A DNA stretch of 64,000 bases, from positions 208,038-272,037 of the forward strand of contig JBAMLV010000018.1 of assembly GCA_039793395.1 (NCBI GenBank), in the 5' to 3' direction. Shown here piece by piece: positions 21,622-30,630 of the stretch (position 1 is the first letter of the stretch; each line of letters opens with the position of its first letter). The position numbers and the translations under genes were made by a program. Origin of the DNA: a bacterium (GTDB lineage: Bacteria; Hydrothermota; Tepidihabitantia; Tepidihabitantales; Tepidihabitantaceae). Under the pieces are notes generated by a model that made no database searches, had not been told where the DNA came from, and saw only the letters and a list, made by a program, of their open reading frames with translations.

Positions 21622-22080
21622 ATGCGTTATCTTTTGGTCTTGATTGCGCTGGTGCTCGGCACAGCAGTCAGTCTGAATAGCGGCTGTGGTAAAGCCCGGG
21701 AGAAGGCAGGTGAAAAGGCGGTGGAGCGGATGATTGAGGCGGCAACCGGTGGTAAAGCAAAGGTTGATGTCGGCACGGTTGATATTTCTTCATTGCCGGC
21801 AAACCTGCGTTATCCGAACGCAGTCGCCAAGGCAAAATGGGAGGTTTCAACTGAGGAGGGAAAGGGTATTAATTACACGCTGGAAACAGCCGACCCCAGG
21901 TCAAAGGTGGTTGAGTTCTATAAGGGGGCACTTGCCGGCTGGAAGCAGTCAATGACCAGTGAAACCCCGGATGCGACTACGCTGGCATTTGTCAGTAATA
22001 ATGAGAAGGAAATGGTTTTCGTTATGGTCAGCAGTGACCAGAAAAAGACGACCATTAATCTGACCCACACGAAGAAGTAA
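21622..22080 (+). CDS. lipoprotein of unknown function
   Basis: Start moved to ATG 21622, after the AAGGAGG SD. Signal peptide plus lipobox (AVSLNSGC). 152 aa, no family recognised. Confidence 0.7.
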   Translation: MRYLLVLIALVLGTAVSLNSGCGKAREKAGEKAVERMIEAATGGKAKVDVGTVDISSLPANLRYPNAVAKAKWEVSTEEGKGINYTLETADPRSKVVEFYKGALAGWKQSMTSETPDATTLAFVSNNEKEMVFVMVSSDQKKTTINLTHTKK

Positions 22081-22202
22081 CCGCATTAACAGCAGGCACC
22101 ACAATTGTCGGCATTGACCGGCTGGAGAAATATTTAATAGTTAAGACCGCATTTTTCCCGGCAGGCAGTGCCGGAAATGCTGGTTGAGGGGATGGGAATT
22201 AG

Positions 22203-22230
22203 TTGCCTTTTGGAGTTTTTTTGATATCAT
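22203..22230 (+). promoter_or_regulatory. sigma70-type promoter TTGCCT-N16-TATCAT for the HerA-like gene
   Basis: -35 at 22203-22208, -10 at 22225-22230. Predicts a ~100 nt 5' UTR containing a TGGCG-ATTTTT-CGCCA hairpin, ahead of SD GGAAGGAGG and ATG 22335. Confidence 0.4.
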
Positions 22231-22334
22231 TTAATTGGTGCAGTGGGTAGAAGACGCATTGGCGATTTTTCGCCAGGCGCAGGGTGCGTGCTGGCAGGTT
22301 AAATATTGGGTCAGGTTAAGGGAAGGAGGAGTAG

Positions 22335-23957
22335 ATGGAGAAGTCAGGGTCTGTTGACATCGGATATGTGATTGAGGTCAACGGTGCCCGGGCACTGGTG
22401 GAGTTGACCGTTGACACCACCAAGCCCCTGGCCGAGGATTATTATCCCGGGCAGCCGGGCTCCTATGTGCGAATCCCATTTAAGGATTTTCAGATTATCG
22501 GGACGGTTTCCAGTATCAGGATGCAGGGCAGTTCGGCTGCCGGTCCCAGGGGAAGAAAGGCGGCAGAATGTGTACTCCTGGGAACGATGGAGGATGGCGA
22601 GCGGTTTTTCCGCGGGGTAGCCGTTTATCCGAATGTCGGGCAGCCAGTGCAGATGGTTACTAGCCGGGAACTGGACCGGATATTTTCCGAGTTCAGCGAT
22701 TTCGATTTTTCCTTCGGCTCTCCGAGTAATGCCCGGGGACAGCGGGTTTATGTGCAGGTGAACCGGTTTTTTGGTGGCCATATTGCGGTGCTGGGTACGA
22801 CTGGCAGTGGTAAGTCCTGCACCGTGGTAAGTATTCTGCAGCAGACCATCAGGAAGTATCCCTATACCCACATTGTGGTTCTGGATTTGCACGGAGAATA
22901 TGCCCGGGCGTTTCCCCAAGGGGTAAACCTGATTAACACCAATAACATGGAGCTGCCTTACTGGGTTTTGAATTTTGAGGAGTTCGTTGACCTGACGGTG
23001 GATATGAACGAGCCGACCGCCAAGAACCAGATTACGGTGTTGCGGGATTCCATGCTGCGGGCAAGGCAGGCATGGGATACCCGGGAGCGGCTGGGGTTAA
23101 GTGGTCAGATTACCGCCGATTCACCGGTGTATTATGAGCTGGATGAACTGGTGGCGATGCTGCGGGACTGGAATATTCAGATGGTTTACAATGCCGCTGG
23201 TGAGCAGGAGCCGGGACCGCTGTATGGTGTTTTTGACAAGTTCCTCATCCGGCTGGACAGCAAGGTTTCGGACCCGCGATATCAGTTTATGTTCAAGCCG
23301 ACCACCTATACCGGCAGCCCGAATTTTGTTGATCTGCTGCGCGATTATCTGGCGATTGATGCACCTCACCAGATGACCGTTATTGACCTGAGCGGAGTGC
23401 CTGCGGATGCAGTCGGTGTGGTCGTGGCGGTGGTCACCAGAGTGGTTTTTGAATTCAACCTCTGGAATCCGGAGCGGGAGCGGTGTCCGATTTTGGTGGT
23501 TCTGGAGGAGGCACATAATTATGTGCCCAGCCGCAGTGATGGCAGGTTCACCGCCGCCCGGACCGCAGTGGAGCGGTTGACCAAGGAAGGTAGAAAGTAC
23601 GGAATTGGAATGATTGTTGTGAGCCAGCGGCCCAAGGAGCTTTCTGAGACGGTGCTTTCCCAGTGCAACACATTTATTGCGATGCGGTTGACCAATCCGG
23701 AAGACCAGGATTATGTCCGGCGGCTGGTTCCGGATTCACTCGCCGGGCTGATGGATATGCTGCCGGCACTGAGAACCGGTGAGGCGCTGATATTGGGTGA
23801 GGCGGTGCCGATGCCCACCCGGATACTGGTTGATATGCCGGACCCGAAGCCGGAAAGTGGGAATATTGAATTTGCCAAGTGGTGGCAGCAGGGACCGGGG
23901 CAACTGGACCTGGAGCGGCTGGTTCGGCGCTGGCGCGCCCGTCGCCGGGACATCTAA
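22335..23957 (+). CDS. HerA-like (DUF87/COG0433-type) hexameric ATPase
   Basis: 540 aa. N-terminal HAS-barrel-like region, Walker A (VLGTTGSGKSCTV), Walker B (ILVVLEEAHNYVP) and the conserved VVSQRPKELSETVLSQCNTFIAMRLTNPEDQ block. Confidence 0.82.
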   Translation: MEKSGSVDIGYVIEVNGARALVELTVDTTKPLAEDYYPGQPGSYVRIPFKDFQIIGTVSSIRMQGSSAAGPRGRKAAECVLLGTMEDGERFFRGVAVYPNVGQPVQMVTSRELDRIFSEFSDFDFSFGSPSNARGQRVYVQVNRFFGGHIAVLGTTGSGKSCTVVSILQQTIRKYPYTHIVVLDLHGEYARAFPQGVNLINTNNMELPYWVLNFEEFVDLTVDMNEPTAKNQITVLRDSMLRARQAWDTRERLGLSGQITADSPVYYELDELVAMLRDWNIQMVYNAAGEQEPGPLYGVFDKFLIRLDSKVSDPRYQFMFKPTTYTGSPNFVDLLRDYLAIDAPHQMTVIDLSGVPADAVGVVVAVVTRVVFEFNLWNPERERCPILVVLEEAHNYVPSRSDGRFTAARTAVERLTKEGRKYGIGMIVVSQRPKELSETVLSQCNTFIAMRLTNPEDQDYVRRLVPDSLAGLMDMLPALRTGEALILGEAVPMPTRILVDMPDPKPESGNIEFAKWWQQGPGQLDLERLVRRWRARRRDI

Positions 23958-24085
23958 CTTGCCCGCAGTTTTAGAACCGCAATCGGCCGATCAAGTTAAC
24001 GTTTAACATTTTAAGGGGTTAAATAGGCGGCGGGCTGCCGATAGTGTTTTTACCGTCCCTTATGATAAGACACCGCAGGTGATGT

Positions 24086-24113
24086 TTGACTGAAATGAGC
24101 GGACAATTATGAT
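24086..24113 (+). promoter_or_regulatory. sigma70-type promoter TTGACT-N16-TATGAT for mlaEFD; predicts a leaderless mRNA
   Basis: -35 at 24086-24091, -10 at 24108-24113. The mlaE ATG (24120) begins 7 nt after the last base of the -10 and has no SD. Confidence 0.55.
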
Positions 24114-24119
24114 TTCTCA

Positions 24120-24857
24120 ATGAGGTTGGTGTTTCCGGTAATAAAGTTCGTGTGGTTGCTGGTGCGGAGTTTAAGTCCGGGCTGGAACCTGCGGCGGACA
24201 GTTCCCCGGCTTGTTGAGCAGTTGTATGATAATGGCGTAAAGGCGGTGCCGATTGTCGTTTTTGCCAGCATATTTGTAGGACTGACGACGGTGCTGCAAA
24301 CAAGTTATCAGTTATTGGGTGTGGTGCCGAATTATTTTATCGGGATGGGAGTAGGCCGGATGCTTTTGATTGAATTGGGTCCGGTATTTGCCGCATTTAT
24401 CATGGCAAGCCGGTCAGCCTCGGCGATGGCGGCAGAAATCGGCAGTATGCAGCTTTCGGAGCAGATTGATGCGCTTAAGACGATGGCGATTGACCCTTAT
24501 CATTTTCTCTGTCTGCCGAGGATTGTCGCCACGACCGTCAGCCTGCCGATACTGGTGGCAGTAATGGAGGTGGTGGCAAGTTTAACCGCGCTGCTGGCGG
24601 CGACCGCACTGGGAATTTCGCGCGAGGCATTTATCTACGGGTTGACCCATTTTATTGAGGTCCGGGATTTTCTGGGCGGAATGGTGAAGGCGTGCGTATT
24701 CGGACTGCTAATTGGAACCAGTGGTTGCTATTCCGGGTTCGAAGTTCAGGGCGGGGCGCGGGAGGTGGGCCGGGTAACAACCCGGGCGGTGGTGCTTTCG
24801 GCGGTTCTGATTCTGGTGGCAGATTTTGTGATGGCGGCGCTGGTTTTTTCCCAATGA
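24120..24857 (+). CDS. mlaE: phospholipid/ABC transport permease MlaE
   Basis: 245 aa polytopic permease in the MlaE position and of MlaE size. ATGA overlap with the following ATPase gene. Confidence 0.88.
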   Translation: MRLVFPVIKFVWLLVRSLSPGWNLRRTVPRLVEQLYDNGVKAVPIVVFASIFVGLTTVLQTSYQLLGVVPNYFIGMGVGRMLLIELGPVFAAFIMASRSASAMAAEIGSMQLSEQIDALKTMAIDPYHFLCLPRIVATTVSLPILVAVMEVVASLTALLAATALGISREAFIYGLTHFIEVRDFLGGMVKACVFGLLIGTSGCYSGFEVQGGAREVGRVTTRAVVLSAVLILVADFVMAALVFSQ

Positions 24858-25540
24858 TCAGGGTTCAGCAGTTATCAAAGAAAATGCGCGGGCTGCCCGT
24901 GGTGACGGATGTGAGTATGGAGGTGCCGGACGGGTGCTGCGTCTGCGTGCTTGGGAAGTCGGGGGCGGGGAAGACGGTGCTGTTGAAAATGGTCATCGGA
25001 ATAATCGCACCGGATGCGGGTAAAGTTTACTATGATGGCCAGATGATAGACTACGGTCCGTTTGCTGATAACCGGCAGGTTGTTCTGCAGACCGGTTTTG
25101 TTTTTCAGGGGGGCGCACTGTTTGACGGAATGAGTGTCGGGGACAATGTTGCCCTACCGCTACGGGAAAGGGGACGGTTGTCCGAGCCGGAAATCAGGGA
25201 GCGGGTGCAACGAGTCCTTTCCCGGGTCGGGTTGCCAGACATTAGCCGACTCAGGGTCAGGGAACTTTCCGGGGGGATGGTCCGGCTGGTGGCAATTGCC
25301 CGGGCACTGGTGACTGAGCCGAAATATGTTTTTCTGGATGAACCGACCAGCGGACTTGACCCGTTGCTCCGGGAAAGGGTGCTGAGCATTATCCGGGATC
25401 TTGTCCGGACCGGCGGGTCGGTGCTGATGGTAACGCACGACCTTGAAGCGGCACGGCAAATTGCTGACCGGATCTATATTATAAAATCCGGCAGAGTTTA
25501 TCCGACGGACCGCGATGTCAAAAAGGAGGATTATGAATAG
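24854..25540 (+). CDS. mlaF: phospholipid ABC transporter ATP-binding protein MlaF
   Basis: Start set at ATG 24854 (MIRVQQLSKK..). Walker A GKSGAGKT, signature LSGGMVRLVAIARAL, Walker B VFLDEP. Confidence 0.9.
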   Translation: MIRVQQLSKKMRGLPVVTDVSMEVPDGCCVCVLGKSGAGKTVLLKMVIGIIAPDAGKVYYDGQMIDYGPFADNRQVVLQTGFVFQGGALFDGMSVGDNVALPLRERGRLSEPEIRERVQRVLSRVGLPDISRLRVRELSGGMVRLVAIARALVTEPKYVFLDEPTSGLDPLLRERVLSIIRDLVRTGGSVLMVTHDLEAARQIADRIYIIKSGRVYPTDRDVKKEDYE

Positions 25541-26270
25541 CAAGGTGCGCATGGTGCTGGTGGGTATTTTCTTTTTGCTCGGGGTCGCAGTGGCAGTTTT
25601 GGGCTACTACTGGTTTTCCGGGAGACTGGGCGACCGATACCAGCGAACAGTCACGGTATATTTTAACGAGGTCTCAGGTCTGAAGCCTGGTGACCGGGTG
25701 GATGTTCTGGGTATAACCAGAGGCAAGGTGCTTACGACCGAACTGGTAAAGGACAATCAGGTGAAGGTGCGGGTGGCACTGGCGAAAGATGTTCCACTTT
25801 ATAAAAACGCCCGTTTCGCCATCCGTTCGCTCAGTTATCTGGGGAGTGACCGGTACCTGATGGTAAATCCTGGTTCGGGTGAACCTGCCGGTGATACGGT
25901 GGTATTTTACGGCAGGAATGAGGTCCTTGACCTGGAATCAACATTTCTGAAACTTGACCGGCTGATGGCACAGATTGATCCTGAATCCCTGACCGCGGAA
26001 CTCCGTCAGACCCGTGGGGAGATACTGGCGCTGGTGAATTCGCGGCTCCGCAGTCTGGATACCGGTTTTTCGGCAACCAGCCGGAACATAGAACGGCTCG
26101 CCGCACTGGTTGACAGCCTGACCCGGATGTTTGACCGGAAGTCAACCGCGGGTAAGCTGCTGACTTCATCCGAACTATATGATGAATTATTGAAGGCCAG
26201 CCGGGATTTACAGGGGCTGATACTGGACATCAGAAATCGGCCGGAACGGTATTTCCGATTGTTTAAATAA
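25533..26270 (+). CDS. mlaD: MCE-domain protein MlaD
   Basis: Start at ATG 25533 after the AAGGAGGA SD. N-terminal TM, then an MCE fold (VYFNEVSGLKPGDRVDVLGITRGKV). Confidence 0.85.
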   Translation: MNSKVRMVLVGIFFLLGVAVAVLGYYWFSGRLGDRYQRTVTVYFNEVSGLKPGDRVDVLGITRGKVLTTELVKDNQVKVRVALAKDVPLYKNARFAIRSLSYLGSDRYLMVNPGSGEPAGDTVVFYGRNEVLDLESTFLKLDRLMAQIDPESLTAELRQTRGEILALVNSRLRSLDTGFSATSRNIERLAALVDSLTRMFDRKSTAGKLLTSSELYDELLKASRDLQGLILDIRNRPERYFRLFK

Positions 26271-26332
26271 AATTTTGCATCCAGTGTTTGAGGATGGTGG
26301 TCTAATATTTAAAAATCAGAAAGGAGGAGTAA

Positions 26333-26905
26333 ATGCAGTTAAAAGGCAGCAGAACGGAGCGAAATATCCTCACCGCATTTGCCGGTGAATCGCAGGCGAG
26401 GAACCGCTACACCTATTTTGCGAGCAAGGCACGGGATGAAGGCTATATTCAGATTGCCCAGATATTTGAAGAGACAGCAAATCAGGAAAAGGAGCACGCC
26501 AAGCGGCTTTTTAAGTTGCTTGAAGGTGGGCAGGTTGAGATCCAGGCATCGTTTCCTGCGGGTGTCATTGGAACAACGGTGGAAAATCTGAAGGAAGCCG
26601 CGGCAGGTGAACATTATGAGTGGAGTCAGATGTATCCGGAATTCGCTCAAATCGCAGAGGAGGAAGGTTTTACGAACATTGCCGCAATCTTTCGGGCAAT
26701 TGCGGTTGCCGAGAAGCAGCACGAAAAAAGGTATCAGGCACTGAAGGCAAACATTGAAAGTGGCAAGGTTTTCAGGCGGGAGAAACCGGTGGTCTGGCGC
26801 TGCATTAATTGCGGCTATCTCCATGAAGGTCCCGAAGCGCCGGAAATCTGCCCCTCTTGTGCCCATCCTCAGGGATATTTTGAAATCTTAGGAGAAAACT
26901 GGTGA
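26333..26905 (+). CDS. rbr: rubrerythrin
   Basis: 190 aa. Diiron four-helix-bundle ExxH motifs plus a C-terminal rubredoxin-like CxxC..CxxC ([25 protein letters not shown]). Confidence 0.95.
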   Translation: MQLKGSRTERNILTAFAGESQARNRYTYFASKARDEGYIQIAQIFEETANQEKEHAKRLFKLLEGGQVEIQASFPAGVIGTTVENLKEAAAGEHYEWSQMYPEFAQIAEEEGFTNIAAIFRAIAVAEKQHEKRYQALKANIESGKVFRREKPVVWRCINCGYLHEGPEAPEICPSCAHPQGYFEILGENW

Positions 26906-27426
26906 TGAATGAAAGAAAGGGAATAGTGACTTTTGGTGGCAAGCCGGTTACTCTGGTTGGGCCGGAGTTGAAGGTTGGCGAGCGGGCACCAGATTTTACA
27001 CTGACCGGCAATGAGCTGCAGCCGGTACGGCTGGAGGATTTTCGTAACCGGATTCTTATTATTCTGACGCTACCGTCGCTGGATACACCGGTATGTGACC
27101 TGGAAACCCGGCGTTTCAATAGTGAAGCCGAAAAACTGGGAGCTGAGGTGGCGGTGCTCGCGGTGAGTATGGATTTACCCTTTGCTCAGAAACGCTGGTG
27201 CGGAGCCGCCGGCGTGAAGAATGTGCTTACCGCTTCTGATCACCGGGATGGGACTTTCGGAACCGCTTACGGGGTTTTGATTAAGGAGTTTCGACTGCTG
27301 GCGCGGACGGTTTTTGTCGTTGACCGCGGTGGTATTATCCGCTATATTCAGCTCGTGCCCGAAGCCGGGAAGGAACCGGATTACGGTTCGGTTCTGGCAG
27401 CGGTGCAGAACTTAAAAAAGGAGTGA
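26905..27426 (+). CDS. tpx: thiol peroxidase (atypical 2-Cys peroxiredoxin)
   Basis: LPSLDTPVCDLE peroxidatic Cys motif and a resolving Cys in QKRWCGA. TGATG overlap with rbr (GTG 26902 is an alternative start). Confidence 0.92.
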   Translation: MNERKGIVTFGGKPVTLVGPELKVGERAPDFTLTGNELQPVRLEDFRNRILIILTLPSLDTPVCDLETRRFNSEAEKLGAEVAVLAVSMDLPFAQKRWCGAAGVKNVLTASDHRDGTFGTAYGVLIKEFRLLARTVFVVDRGGIIRYIQLVPEAGKEPDYGSVLAAVQNLKKE

Positions 27427-27428
27427 TT

Positions 27429-27743
27429 ATGGCAGGGCAGGAGTTAATTTACAGCTGCCAGGTGTGCGGTCAGATTGTCAGTCTGGTTCATAAAGGTGGC
27501 GGGACACTGGTGTGTTGTAATCAGGCGATGCAGCCGGGACAGTCAGCAGCACAGGCTACCGGCGGTTCCAAGCCGGCTGCGAACGCACCGTACTGGAGCT
27601 GTACCGGTTGTCATTATGTGCTGCAGGCGCTTCAGCCGCCAGATGTTTGCCCCTCCTGTAATCAGGCATGTCAGTTTGTTGATGTCAGCTGTTACATTCC
27701 GGAGTGCGGTTTTACCGGGGTGGACAGCCGTTTAATCAAGTAA
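27429..27743 (+). CDS. small metalloprotein: desulforedoxin-like domain fused to a rubrerythrin-type rubredoxin-like domain plus an extra Cys-rich tail
   Basis: 104 aa. The N-terminus YSCQVCGQIVSLVHKGGGTLVCCNQAM matches the Dx CxxC..CC pattern. The C-terminus YWSCTGCHYVLQALQPPDVCPSCNQ matches the WxCxxCGY..CPxC pattern seen at the rbr C-terminus, and is followed by CQFVDVSCYIPEC. ATG 27429 follows the AAAAAGGAG SD. Confidence 0.72.
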   Translation: MAGQELIYSCQVCGQIVSLVHKGGGTLVCCNQAMQPGQSAAQATGGSKPAANAPYWSCTGCHYVLQALQPPDVCPSCNQACQFVDVSCYIPECGFTGVDSRLIK

Positions 27744-27758
27744 GAAAAGGAGGAACAA

Positions 27759-28142
27759 ATGACCAGAAAACTTGAAGTTTACAAGTGTGAAGTGTGTGGT
27801 AATATCGTAGAGGTTCTGCATCCCGGCGCCGGGCAGCTGGTATGCTGTGGTCAGCCGATGAAGCTCGTAAAGGAAAATACCACCGATGCATCCCGGGAAA
27901 AGCATGTGCCGGTGATTGAAAAGACCGCAGAGGGATACCGGGTTAAGGTTGGCAGTGTGCCACATCCAATGGAGGAAAAGCATTATATTGAATGGATTGA
28001 ACTGGTTGCAGATGAACGGGTATACCGGCAGTTTCTCGCACCGGGTCAGACACCGGAGGCATTCTTTTCGGTCCAGGGAGCGCAGGTTTATGCCCGGGAA
28101 TACTGTAATATCCACGGCTTATGGAAAGGGGGCGGAATATGA
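27759..28142 (+). CDS. dfx: desulfoferrodoxin (2Fe superoxide reductase)
   Basis: 127 aa. Dx-like centre I ([27 protein letters not shown]) and centre II ligands ([25 protein letters not shown]). Confidence 0.93.
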   Translation: MTRKLEVYKCEVCGNIVEVLHPGAGQLVCCGQPMKLVKENTTDASREKHVPVIEKTAEGYRVKVGSVPHPMEEKHYIEWIELVADERVYRQFLAPGQTPEAFFSVQGAQVYAREYCNIHGLWKGGGI

Positions 28143-28684
28143 TTCCTGGAAAAATCGAAGAGGCATTTAATCAGCAGATTAAACACGAGCTGGAGTCGGC
28201 TTATCTTTATCTGGCAATGGCGGCTTACTTTGACAATGCCGGATTTCAGGGGATGGGGAGGTGGATGCGCGCTCAGGTGCAGGAGGAACTTACTCATGCA
28301 ATGCGGTTCTACAAGCACATCATTGACCGGGGTGGTCGGGTAAAATTGCAGCCGCTGAATATCATTGCTCAGAGCTGGGATTCACCGTTAAAGGCGTTTG
28401 AAGCCGCTTATGAGCATGAGCAGTTTATCACCGGCAAAATTAATGAACTGGTGAAACTGGCACAGGCTGAGGGTGATTATGCCTCAAACTCGCTTTTGCA
28501 GTGGTTTGTTGACGAACAGATTGAGGAGGAGGATTCAACCTCCAAAATCGCTCAGGACCTGCGCCGGGTTGGAGAGGACAGCCGGGGTGTGCTGATGCTT
28601 GACCGGGAACTGGGACAGCGGGTCTTTGTCCTGCCGCCGGAACTGGCTAATCTCTATGCTCAGGGAACCGTTACCGGTGACTAG
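28139..28684 (+). CDS. ftn: ferritin (non-haem)
   Basis: Ferroxidase-centre helices ([45 protein letters not shown]). Start taken at ATG 28139, with an ATGA overlap with dfx. Confidence 0.88.
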   Translation: MIPGKIEEAFNQQIKHELESAYLYLAMAAYFDNAGFQGMGRWMRAQVQEELTHAMRFYKHIIDRGGRVKLQPLNIIAQSWDSPLKAFEAAYEHEQFITGKINELVKLAQAEGDYASNSLLQWFVDEQIEEEDSTSKIAQDLRRVGEDSRGVLMLDRELGQRVFVLPPELANLYAQGTVTGD

Positions 28685-28706
28685 GATGCTTTGAGGAGAT
28701 GGCGAA

Positions 28707-29921
28707 ATGGAATTCAAAGCGGTCCGGGTAACTGAGCATGTTTACTGGGTAGGTGCGGTTGACTGGTCGGTTCGTGATTTTCACGGTTACTCCACCGAGC
28801 GGGGCACAACCTACAATGCCTATCTGATTCTGGCTGACAAGATAACACTTATCGACACGGTTAAAGCTCAATTTAAGAATGAAATGCTGGCACGGATTGC
28901 CTCGGTTGTTGAGCCGACGAGCGTTGCCTACATCATTTCCAATCATGCTGAGATGGACCACTCAGGAGCGCTGCCCGCGGTAATTCAGGAGCTGCAGCCA
29001 GAAAAGGTTTTTGCTTCGGTGATGGGAGCAAAGGCACTGAACGAACATTATCACCTGCGGTCGCCAATCGTTCCTTTGAAGGACGGGGATGGATTGAATC
29101 TTGGAAAGCTGAATCTGAAATTTATAGAAACCAGGATGCTGCACTGGCCGGACAGTATGATGACCTATCTGACCGAAGAGCGGCTGCTGTTTTCCCAGGA
29201 TGGTTTTGGTATGCATCTGGCTTCAGGCAAACGGTTTGCTGATGAGATTGATGAAGGAGTTCTGAGACTGCAGGCTGCCAAGTATTATGCCAACATTCTG
29301 CTGCCCTATTCATCCCTAATTCTGAAACTGCTGGAACGGGTAGCCGAATTGTCCATCCCACTTGATATTATTTGTCCTGACCACGGACCAGTCTGGCGTC
29401 GGGATGTGGGTAACATCATTGACTGGTATCGGGCATGGGCACAGCAGTCGCCGCAGCCGAAGGCCTTGATTGTTTATGATACCATGTGGCAGAGTACCGA
29501 TTTAATGGCGAGGTCAATAGCCGACGGGCTCAGTGCGGAAGGGATTGAAGTCCGGATGATGCGGTTGCGGGCGAATGACCGAAGCGATGTGATGACTGAA
29601 GTGCTGGATGCGGGTGCGGTTATTGTTGGTTCGCCCACGCTGAATAATGGGATCTTTCCAACGGTCGCCGATTTTCTGACTTATATGAAGGGTTTGAAGC
29701 CCAAAAACAAACTCGGGGCTGCCTTCGGCTCCTATGGTTGGAGTGGCGAAGCGGCCGGTCTAATCGCTGACGAGCTAAAGGCGATGGGAATAGAGCTGGT
29801 GATGGAACCACTGAAGGTTAAATATGTGCCCGACCGGGAGGTGCTTATTAAATGCCGGGATGCCGGGGTGAGGGTGGCTCAAATTTTGAAACAAAGGACC
29901 AACGATGGAAAAGCAGGTTGA
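28707..29921 (+). CDS. fprA: flavodiiron protein (FprA / rubredoxin:oxygen oxidoreductase type)
   Basis: 404 aa. Metallo-beta-lactamase-like diiron motif ([13 protein letters not shown]) and a C-terminal flavodoxin domain ([14 protein letters not shown]). Confidence 0.92.
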   Translation: MEFKAVRVTEHVYWVGAVDWSVRDFHGYSTERGTTYNAYLILADKITLIDTVKAQFKNEMLARIASVVEPTSVAYIISNHAEMDHSGALPAVIQELQPEKVFASVMGAKALNEHYHLRSPIVPLKDGDGLNLGKLNLKFIETRMLHWPDSMMTYLTEERLLFSQDGFGMHLASGKRFADEIDEGVLRLQAAKYYANILLPYSSLILKLLERVAELSIPLDIICPDHGPVWRRDVGNIIDWYRAWAQQSPQPKALIVYDTMWQSTDLMARSIADGLSAEGIEVRMMRLRANDRSDVMTEVLDAGAVIVGSPTLNNGIFPTVADFLTYMKGLKPKNKLGAAFGSYGWSGEAAGLIADELKAMGIELVMEPLKVKYVPDREVLIKCRDAGVRVAQILKQRTNDGKAG

Positions 29922-30624
29922 CCAGCAGGCACTGGATAAATTTACCTATGGACTTTATCTGGTGACGAGCCGGGAAGGTGACCGACGGAACGGGTTGATA
30001 GTAAATACCGTGGTTCAGGTAGCACTCACACCGACACTAATAACAGTGGCAATAAATAAAAACAGCTTGACCGGCGAGTTGATTCGCAAAAGCGGGGTGC
30101 TCGGGATTTCGGTGCTGGAAAGGGATACCCCGATGGAATTTATCGGCAGGTTTGGTTTTCGTTCCGGCCGGGAATTTGACAAGTTTGCCGGGATAAATTA
30201 TCAGACCGACATCACCGGTGCACCACTGGTAACCGATTATTCAGTTGCCTTAATTGAAGCCAGGGTGCGGGAAATGGTTGACTGCGTTACCCACACACTA
30301 TTTGTTGCTGAAGTAGTTGCAGCCAGAATTATAAAGAATGCCGACCCCCTGAACTATGCTTATTATCAACTGGTGAAGAAAGGCAAAACCGGTAAGGGAG
30401 CGCCGACTTACCGGGAGCAAAAAGACGGCGGTGAAAATGATAAAAAGGAAAGGAGTAAAAAGATGCAGCGGTATGTCTGCACTGTTTGCGGTTATGTCTA
30501 CGACCCGGGAGCTGGTGACCCGGAAAATGGAATTCCTGCCGGGACACCGTTTGAAAGCCTGCCTGAAGACTGGGTTTGTCCGGTCTGTGGTGCAGCCAAA
30601 GACCAGTTTGAACCGGAAGAGTAG
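29905..30624 (+). CDS. flavin reductase domain fused to rubredoxin (high-molecular-weight rubredoxin type)
   Basis: 239 aa. N-terminal FMN-binding split-barrel flavin reductase and a C-terminal canonical rubredoxin ([26 protein letters not shown]). Confidence 0.88.
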   Translation: MEKQVDQQALDKFTYGLYLVTSREGDRRNGLIVNTVVQVALTPTLITVAINKNSLTGELIRKSGVLGISVLERDTPMEFIGRFGFRSGREFDKFAGINYQTDITGAPLVTDYSVALIEARVREMVDCVTHTLFVAEVVAARIIKNADPLNYAYYQLVKKGKTGKGAPTYREQKDGGENDKKERSKKMQRYVCTVCGYVYDPGAGDPENGIPAGTPFESLPEDWVCPVCGAAKDQFEPEE

Positions 30625-30630
30625 TGCCGT

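Noticed and set aside
22095-22108. Sigma-54-like element GGCACC-N5-TTGT just after the lipoprotein stop.
   Set aside because: The -12 element is GT rather than the near-invariant GC, and it lies ~230 nt from the next start. A sigma70-type promoter closer to the HerA-like gene explains transcription.
24692-24853. Gly-rich 54 aa N-terminal extension of mlaF.
   Set aside because: It lies inside mlaE in another frame. ATG 24854 gives the canonical ABC ATPase N-terminus with an ATGA overlap.
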